Shown: positions 57,866 to 64,000 of the stretch, one piece after another
How the letters are laid out: every line of letters starts with the position of its first letter
Position numbering within the stretch: the first letter of the stretch is position 1
Assembly: GCA_020632135.1 (NCBI GenBank)
Contig: JACKGC010000001.1
Location: forward strand, 180,241-244,240
Origin: Candidatus Nomurabacteria bacterium
Lineage (GTDB): Bacteria; Patescibacteriota; Minisyncoccia; Phycocordibacterales; UBA918
Direction: 5' to 3'
DNA: 64,000 bases
Notes under the pieces: model-generated
Seen by the model: only the letters and a program-made list of their open reading frames with translations
Databases searched by the model: none
What the model was told of the DNA's origin: nothing
Translations under genes and position numbers: made by a program

Positions 57866-59356
57866 TTACTTCTTCTTTGGCTTGAGTTTACTCAAGTCCA
57901 GCACCTGGTCAATGTGAATCTGTTCGACAAAATCTGGGACATGCGACACCAAGATCATTGCGCCTTTGAAATCGTGCAGCGCCTTGGCAATCACCGGAAT
58001 GTGGCGAAAGTTGATGTGGTTGGTTGGCTCGTCGAGAATAAGGAGTCCTGGCTCTTCCATCTTGAGCTTCGCAAACGCGACTAAGCCCTTCTGCCCTTCT
58101 GAAAGATCCCCGACTTTACTCCGCATCACGTCACCGTACAGCAAGAAGCCGGCAGCGATACTGCGCATCTCTTCTTCGAGCTTACGCTTCATGCTAGCCA
58201 TGAGCGTTTCAAAGACCGTCTTATCAAAATCGAGATTTGAGAAGTCTTGGCGATAGTAGCCGATCTGCACTCCTGCCGTGACATGCTCGCCCGTAGCGTG
58301 ACCGCCCGCAAGACTCTCAAGAAGCGTCGTCTTCCCGATACCATTTGGACCAACGATCTGCAGGTGCTCGCCACGCTTGAGAACAATGTCACACTCCGCT
58401 TGCTTTGGCTCATGGTTCTTTATCACCGTCACCTCGGTGAGCTTCAATACCTCAAGTGGAATATCCCCATGGGGATCGATCGTAAACTCACGAATGGTCT
58501 TGTCTTCCTTGCGGACATCGACTTTATTCTCTTCCGCTTCTTCAATATCAGCGCGCATCTTCTTAGCGACAAGCCGCATCTTGCCGCCCTTGGCCGCGAA
58601 GTAGTTGATCTTGTCTTTATCAGCCTGGATCTGTTTGGCCATCTGCGCGTTCTGACGCTTTTCTTTTTCGATGCGCGCGGCTATCTCGTGGAGCACTTTA
58701 TGATAGTTGCCTTGGTACTGTTCTACCTGACGATTCTGCGTATTCAAATACAACACCCCTTCGGTGAAGGAATTCAAGAAGTCAGCATCGTGGGAAATAA
58801 CGATCACCGTCTTGCGGTACTCCTTAAGAAACGCAGTAAGATGCTCAATGCCAGCAGTGTCGAGATTGTTGGTTGGCTCATCCAGCAAGAGTACGTCAGG
58901 ATTTTGGATGAGCGCAGAAGCAAGCAGGAGGCGCGCCTGCTGCCCACCCGAGAAACTCCCCACGATTCGCTCCTTAAAGGTGTCTTTCATCTTGTCGGTT
59001 GGCGTGAGATTGACTACCTCGAGTACTTCGTCGATACGCGGATCAATGTTGTACACCTTCTCAGTAAAACACTTCTCAAAGAAGGCTCGTACAGTGAGCT
59101 CAAGCTCAGCACGGGGAATGATCTGGCGAGAAACGGCGATCGTCGTACGGGGCTGCAAGTTGATATCACCCTCGTCGGGGCGAAGCTGACCGCTGATAAG
59201 ACCGAAGATGGTTGACTTACCAGCACCATTTTGCCCCATCAGCGTCAGCTTCGCCCCACGCCGTACGACAAAGCTCGCCTCTTTTAGAATTGGCTTCGTC
59301 GCGTCGTGCTCAAACGACACCTCTTTGAAAACTATAAGTCCATCATTTCGTGACAT
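57866..59356 (-). CDS. ABC-F family ATPase (two ABC domains, no TM domain)
   Basis: Walker A GQNGAGKST and GPNGIGKTT, signatures LSGGQ and LSEGQ, charged linker. Confidence 0.9.
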   Translation of the reverse strand: MSRNDGLIVFKEVSFEHDATKPILKEASFVVRRGAKLTLMGQNGAGKSTIFGLISGQLRPDEGDINLQPRTTIAVSRQIIPRAELELTVRAFFEKCFTEKVYNIDPRIDEVLEVVNLTPTDKMKDTFKERIVGSFSGGQQARLLLASALIQNPDVLLLDEPTNNLDTAGIEHLTAFLKEYRKTVIVISHDADFLNSFTEGVLYLNTQNRQVEQYQGNYHKVLHEIAARIEKEKRQNAQMAKQIQADKDKINYFAAKGGKMRLVAKKMRADIEEAEENKVDVRKEDKTIREFTIDPHGDIPLEVLKLTEVTVIKNHEPKQAECDIVLKRGEHLQIVGPNGIGKTTLLESLAGGHATGEHVTAGVQIGYYRQDFSNLDFDKTVFETLMASMKRKLEEEMRSIAAGFLLYGDVMRSKVGDLSEGQKGLVAFAKLKMEEPGLLILDEPTNHINFRHIPVIAKALHDFKGAMILVSHVPDFVEQIHIDQVLDLSKLKPKKK

Positions 59357-59442
59357 GGGCTATACCATACACGAGAGTAGCAAGAGCGACAAATACCAAC
59401 CACATAAAAAGACCGAGGTGGACACACCTCGGTCTTGCTTTC

Positions 59443-60765
59443 CTACTTCAATTTGTGATCCTTAGTCACAACCCGAACAATACTGGCGGGGTCTCGCTGA
59501 CGAAATGATCCAGACCGCCACTCCTCTTTGGAGACGCCAAGTAAAATACCATTGACCAGGTCTTCATCGAGATCAAACCCGATACGAGCATGCGCGGGAA
59601 TAGCAACACCTGATTCGACGATCGTCCAGCGCAGCTGCACGCGTGCCCCAAGATGAACACGATCAAAACAGACAACCTTGTGCAGGTCTGCTCGGTGCTC
59701 TGCAACGACCTGTCGACCCATAATCACCTGATCCATCCGGGCAGGCGAGTCAAAGATGCAGCCACCACTGGCGATACGATTCATGGAACACCCGCCCATC
59801 GTAATGTCGTCAGCCCATTCCGCGTGCGGTGGGAACACATCCTTGGCCGGCGGCAAGAAGTCAGGAGCAGAACGGAGCGGCCAGCGCATGTTGTACAGAT
59901 TGAGCAATGGTTTTGGACTCACGAGATCCATCTGCGCGTCCATGTACGACTCAAGTGTACCTACATCACGCCAGTACGCCGGTGCATCATCGTCTTCTCC
60001 TGGCACTCGCGAGTGTGCAAATTGCCAACAATAGACACTCCCCTTTTCAGCCAACACCATCGGGATGATGTTCTTGCCAAAGTCGTGCCCCGATCCAGCA
60101 TCTTCGTTGTCTCGCTCGAGTACGTCAAGCAAGTAGCGCTTGTTAACCAAGTACACTCCCATTGAGGCCAGCGAATTGCCCGGCTCGCCTGGGATCATGG
60201 GCGGGTCGGTGGGCTTCTCGACAAAGTTCAACACTCGACCGGCCTCATCCACCTGCATAACCCCAAAGCGTTTTGCCTCCGCCTGATCTACCGTAAAGCC
60301 GGCGATGGTGAAGTCGCTTCCAGACTGCCGGTGAAACTCAAGCATCTGCGACAGGTCTATCTTGTAGATATGATCTGCCGCCAAGATTGCTACCACATCG
60401 GCAGTGTCAGTTTCGAGGTACCGCTTGTTCTGGTGAACGGCATTGGCGGTTCCAAGGTACCAACCATGTCCCTGATGCTGTTGCGGCGGTAACGCTCGCA
60501 CGAAGATATCGTGCATCGGTGCATCAAAACCAAATCGGTGCAAATGCCGTGCAATCGCCTCGCCGTAGTACTGGGTCAGAACGTAGGTGTGCTTGACCCC
60601 AGAGTTGATGATTGAGTTCAATACAAAATCAATGATGCGATACTTCCCTCCGAACGGTACGGCAGGTTTTGGCCGCTCTGACTGTTCAGTCAATGCAGCC
60701 AACCGACTCCCGACACCTCCGCCGAGAATGATCGCCATCACGTTTCCCATTCCTGCCTGTGACAC
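59443..60765 (-). CDS. glgC: glucose-1-phosphate adenylyltransferase
   Basis: AIILGGGVGSRL...PAVPFGGKYRIIDFVLNS plus a left-handed beta-helix C-terminus. Confidence 0.9.
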   Translation of the reverse strand: MSQAGMGNVMAIILGGGVGSRLAALTEQSERPKPAVPFGGKYRIIDFVLNSIINSGVKHTYVLTQYYGEAIARHLHRFGFDAPMHDIFVRALPPQQHQGHGWYLGTANAVHQNKRYLETDTADVVAILAADHIYKIDLSQMLEFHRQSGSDFTIAGFTVDQAEAKRFGVMQVDEAGRVLNFVEKPTDPPMIPGEPGNSLASMGVYLVNKRYLLDVLERDNEDAGSGHDFGKNIIPMVLAEKGSVYCWQFAHSRVPGEDDDAPAYWRDVGTLESYMDAQMDLVSPKPLLNLYNMRWPLRSAPDFLPPAKDVFPPHAEWADDITMGGCSMNRIASGGCIFDSPARMDQVIMGRQVVAEHRADLHKVVCFDRVHLGARVQLRWTIVESGVAIPAHARIGFDLDEDLVNGILLGVSKEEWRSGSFRQRDPASIVRVVTKDHKLK

Positions 60766-60923
60766 AACTACCTCCCCTCAAACGTAACTACAAATTGTTC
60801 TTTGTGAAGAACAGCCGGCCTGCAGAGTAGTACAACATTTAGGTGGTGTCAACAAGCGTGATCGTGAGGCCAGACGGCGGCCGGGGTGCTTCGCACCCCG
60901 GCCGCTGTTTCTTCCACCCTGCC

Positions 60924-61004
60924 CTAGCTTGTAAGCATGCTCACAATCGCTGCCACAACCGCTAGACCGAGAAAGACATAGAAAGCAATATTCAAGTATT
61001 TCAT
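60924..61004 (-). CDS. possible leaderless 26-aa TM peptide
   Basis: MKYLNIAFYVFLGLAVVAAIVSMLTS. TATACT lies 7 nt before the ATG. Too short for the ORF track. Confidence 0.25.
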   Translation of the reverse strand: MKYLNIAFYVFLGLAVVAAIVSMLTS

Positions 61005-61096
61005 GTCTCAAGTATAGCAATTTCTACGGCAGAATTGAAAACTATAGACAGCTCACCAGAGCGGATTATAATGGACCCATTAGTACGTTAAGCTCA

Positions 61097-61828
61097 TTGC
61101 CTATGCCAAAGATCACCACCACAAAAAGCCATCTCGATGCCTGGCTACTTGGCCACGCTCAGGCGCTGATCGAGTACTCCGAGCACGACCCACTGCTCGC
61201 TGAATCACTCGCGTACCATGTGCAAGCGCGGCGCTGGCAAGCACATACTACTCCGGCCGAGACAATTGCGAGTCCGCACACAGTTCCTACCAATGACATT
61301 GCTGCACTCACCCAAGCTCGCTGGCTCCTCGCGACCCTCGATGAACATCGACACGCCACCCACACCCGCGGTGCTTTGGCTACCTGGGCCAGTGAGTACC
61401 AGTCGCCGGAAGATATCATTATAGGGATCGTCGGCATCGCCATCATGGGGCCGACCCTCGGCATCCTGGAGAGGAAAAAGAAGACCAAGTCGTACTTGCA
61501 GGTAGTACTCGACGCCACCTGGGCTAAAGGACGCACTGCTGCAGCACTAACCGAGCAAGTACAACGCCTCAGTCAGCAAGTGATTGCCCGCGAGCTGCGC
61601 TTGGCTGGTGGCAACGCCTACCGCATGCACCCAGACACTGCTGCCTGGTGCCTGGAGGAACCACTCACCAAAGTACACCTCGCTAGTGGCCTGGAGCTCG
61701 CTGCGCTCACGGAAGCTGCAACAGCGGAAGGCCTGTCGTGTGCCATCAAGCCAGGTGTTGGCGTTGCTCTTTCACCGACAGTCAAGGAAACGTTTGTAGG
61801 GGAATTCAACGTCTCGGCATTGGAGTAG
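61097..61828 (+). CDS. hypothetical protein
   Basis: 243-aa ORF ending before a degenerate CCGGGCGC-family hairpin (61841-61866). Confidence 0.5.
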   Translation: MPMPKITTTKSHLDAWLLGHAQALIEYSEHDPLLAESLAYHVQARRWQAHTTPAETIASPHTVPTNDIAALTQARWLLATLDEHRHATHTRGALATWASEYQSPEDIIIGIVGIAIMGPTLGILERKKKTKSYLQVVLDATWAKGRTAAALTEQVQRLSQQVIARELRLAGGNAYRMHPDTAAWCLEEPLTKVHLASGLELAALTEAATAEGLSCAIKPGVGVALSPTVKETFVGEFNVSALE

Positions 61829-61883
61829 CAGATAGAAAGCCAGCCGGGCGCTTCGCGCCTGGCCGTCTTTTTATTTCTCTATC

Positions 61884-62942
61884 CTATTTTGACTCTAACC
61901 CCTTCACCTTCTGCAGCGCCACCACGTACATACTCTCGGCCCAGCCGAGCGGAGTGTTATCGTTGGGCTTATCGGTGTGTGAGTAGTAGAGCTCAGGCAC
62001 CTCTCCCTCGGGCGTCACTGCGCCCTTGGCCCTGCGCAGCCAGTAGTACGCTTTCTCCTTTTCGCCGCGCTCAGCATAGATGATTGCGAGCCAGGAAAGC
62101 CCGAAGCACCACTCTGCTTCTTCACTCCAGTTATCGAGGTTGTTGTTGTAGTAACGATCGGTCTTGTAACGTATCACTCCCTTGTCTTTCACGAGATGGT
62201 ATTCGACGTTTTTTAAGATCTCTAGCGTCTCTTCCTCCGTTGTAACGTTGAATGGGTAGATGAGTGTGAGGAGCGCGAGATCGCAGAACTTCGTGACCGA
62301 CTCCCGCGGCAAGAGAGCGCGCAACGCGTGCTCACCTCGCTCGATAGCATGATCTGGCACCGAGAGCCACTCCACTTCATTGGCTTTCTTCAGCGCCGCC
62401 ACACACGAACCGATCGATGAGGCGTGTACTTCCATGTTTTCTTCCCAGATACCATTATCATCATCCTGCCAGTATTCCAAATTCACCAAGTAGTCAATGA
62501 TCTTCTGCACCATCTCACGCTCTTCGTCGGTCTCAACGACACCAGCACCGAGCTGCTCGAGTGTCACGATGAGATTCAGTACTTCACCGACGGCGTCATT
62601 TTGGCTATTCCCCCACTCCTCCCAATACTCCTCAAAGGTCTCGGGATGAAAACGCGCGTGAATGTATTGCCAGGCGTAGTGCGGCTTGTTCTCGATCGCC
62701 CAGTTGATCTTGTCCTGGTGCTTCACGAAGACCGTCAGGAGTGCCTTAGCAGCCTTTTGAACTGGCTCAAGCTCGCCGGTTTCGAGAAAGGAGAGCACGA
62801 TGAAATAGATATCACGCAACCAGGCCTTATCGTAGCCAGTGTCAACATCAAAAGCAGATGCCGTGAACACTCCGGATGGCTTCTGGAGCGAGCGGATCAC
62901 ATCGAGATGCTGTTTTATTTCATTGTCAAAATCAAAGGTCAT
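61884..62942 (-). CDS. glycoside hydrolase family 15-like (glucoamylase-related)
   Basis: YDKAWLRD motif and alpha/alpha-toroid-like repeats. Adjacent to glgC. Confidence 0.7.
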   Translation of the reverse strand: MTFDFDNEIKQHLDVIRSLQKPSGVFTASAFDVDTGYDKAWLRDIYFIVLSFLETGELEPVQKAAKALLTVFVKHQDKINWAIENKPHYAWQYIHARFHPETFEEYWEEWGNSQNDAVGEVLNLIVTLEQLGAGVVETDEEREMVQKIIDYLVNLEYWQDDDNGIWEENMEVHASSIGSCVAALKKANEVEWLSVPDHAIERGEHALRALLPRESVTKFCDLALLTLIYPFNVTTEEETLEILKNVEYHLVKDKGVIRYKTDRYYNNNLDNWSEEAEWCFGLSWLAIIYAERGEKEKAYYWLRRAKGAVTPEGEVPELYYSHTDKPNDNTPLGWAESMYVVALQKVKGLESK

Positions 62943-62975
62943 AAGGAACGAAAGAGCTACGGCTACTAAAGAGGT

Positions 62976-63320
62976 CTACGCAGCTTGCAGCAGTTGTTCT
63001 GCAGCAAGGATGCTCGAACGGTAGGTGTATTGGTAAATGGTGAAATCTCGGTGCGGCATGTTACCGAGCACTTCTTGTATCTCCGTCTCAAGCACTCGCG
63101 CGACATGGCGGAACTCGTTGCCAGTCTCTTCGTTATCAAGCCGGTATCGCAATATCTCTAATTTTGCTACCTCATGAAATTGCTCGGGTACAGATTCTGG
63201 CACAGTGATATCTACCAGCATCTGATCAAGGGTTTTGTATGCCTCCTTTTCAACTGCTTCTTTGTCGTACGTACCAATAGTTGGATCGCTTTCGACAGGG
63301 TTCTTGAATGCTTCCTCCAT
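62976..63320 (-). CDS. hypothetical acidic protein
   Basis: 114-aa ORF, no family recognised. Confidence 0.45.
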   Translation of the reverse strand: MEEAFKNPVESDPTIGTYDKEAVEKEAYKTLDQMLVDITVPESVPEQFHEVAKLEILRYRLDNEETGNEFRHVARVLETEIQEVLGNMPHRDFTIYQYTYRSSILAAEQLLQAA

Positions 63321-63369
63321 AGCGCGTTCTTAGGAAATAATACGGATTGTACCATGCTAAGATTGAGAT

Positions 63370-64000
63370 ATGAAAAAGATCCTGGTTGGTGGAACCGTCG
63401 GGCTGCTCCTCTTCAGCATCGTGTTTCACCGTGCCCTGATCACCACTTATGATTTTTATAATTTTCAAGCGAAATACCCGGAAGTGATCGATCGCGGGAC
63501 CGTCAACTGGCAAACGGTGCGCTTTAGCAGTGATACACAAACCCATGACAGCAGTCACTCACTCACACTTGACCGACTCACCATAACTCTCCCCTTCTCA
63601 GCACAATTTGAACGTGCCGAAACATATGTACACGCATACCACGATGCCCAAGCAGTCACCCTCTTTGCTGCAGTAACCCCAGATTTCTTTGCCGAGCACG
63701 CGGATGATTTCACTGATCACGAACAAGCCGGAATTTGTGCTCTCCTCAGTCGCACCGCTACCGTTGACGCCTGTCATAATGAGCAAACGCTTTGGGACGC
63801 CTACCTGAGACTGAAGCCAGATGATGTTGGTTTCTTCTCAAGCAGCGTTGAAAAGGGCCTGTTCCTGAAACTCATGATCCTGAAGAAAACCGAGCTGCTC
63901 TCGAATCGTATTGCACATTTTGAGACCAGCAACAGCACCGGCTATCTCTATTACCTAGGTGGCGACAATTTTGCGGCACATGTATTTGTAGATCCGGGGA
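63370..64000 (+). CDS. hypothetical N-terminally anchored protein, 3' end outside the window
   Basis: ATG at 63370. Frame is open to the window edge (checked codon by codon). MKKILVGGTVGLLLFSIVF anchor. Absent from the ORF track because it has no stop codon. Confidence 0.6.
   Translation, partial: MKKILVGGTVGLLLFSIVFHRALITTYDFYNFQAKYPEVIDRGTVNWQTVRFSSDTQTHDSSHSLTLDRLTITLPFSAQFERAETYVHAYHDAQAVTLFAAVTPDFFAEHADDFTDHEQAGICALLSRTATVDACHNEQTLWDAYLRLKPDDVGFFSSSVEKGLFLKLMILKKTELLSNRIAHFETSNSTGYLYYLGGDNFAAHVFVDPG

Noticed and set aside
1-64000. Search for rRNA, tRNA, tmRNA and CRISPR arrays.
   Set aside because: I saw no T-arm (GGTTCGAATCC-like) with a matching acceptor stem, no rRNA-like conserved blocks, no CCA-ended tmRNA, and no regularly spaced direct repeats. 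A tRNAscan/Infernal run is still needed to be certain.

Overview
This is about 64 kb of roughly 50% GC bacterial DNA. I annotated it by eye from the sequence and the ORF track, so hairpin and motif coordinates are hand-counted and may be off by 1-2 nt.

Backbone:
- The minus strand carries the translation supercluster in four blocks: fusA, tuf and rpsJ; then rplC-rplD-rplW-rplB; then rpsS-rplV-rpsC-rplP-rpmC-rpsQ-rplN-rplX-rplE; then rpsN-rpsH-rplF-rplR-rpsE-rplO-secY.
- gmk-adk-map-ndk follow secY on the same strand.
- The plus strand carries infC-rpmI-rplT, gpmI and eno.
- Other genes include a beta-CASP RNase, ClpS, a YeeE/YedE pair, an ECF sigma/anti-sigma pair, an ABC-F ATPase, glgC and a GH15 hydrolase.
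- I found no rRNA, tRNA or CRISPR array.
- rpmD (L30) is absent between rpsE and rplO, and several translation proteins carry low-complexity tails. Both fit a Patescibacteria/CPR-like lineage, but that is inference only.

Most striking observation: the normally contiguous S10/spc operons are broken in at least four places.
- rpsJ|rplC: 1.4 kb with no long ORFs, full of nested hairpins, plus two tiny genes.
- rplB|rpsS: 5 kb carrying a GC3-rich PIN-PhoH ATPase, a CheY-like receiver and a hyper-acidic peptidoglycan-binding repeat protein.
- rplE|rpsN: 3.7 kb with four secreted or membrane proteins I cannot assign to any family. This is my best candidate for an undescribed system.
- secY|gmk-adk: a kinase gene plus lipoprotein genes.

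Other notable regions:
- Positions 4-13 kb form a defence/toxin-antitoxin island. It holds a NucS-like nuclease fusion, a truncated RhuM gene, two tandem XRE-Panacea antitoxin + RelE/ParE-like toxin modules, an MmeI-like fused endonuclease-methyltransferase, and a membrane Mrr/zinc-ribbon nuclease. The last two share a duplicated promoter-operator.
- A promoter-to-terminator sRNA of about 180 nt lies at 23.3 kb.
- A structured RNA of about 155 nt lies between fusA and tuf.
- Related AT-rich inverted-repeat elements lie at 21.2 kb and 53.6 kb.
- An in-frame G9/C26 homopolymer hairpin sits inside a GIY-YIG gene.
- Families of near-identical GC-rich tetraloop terminators recur across the window.
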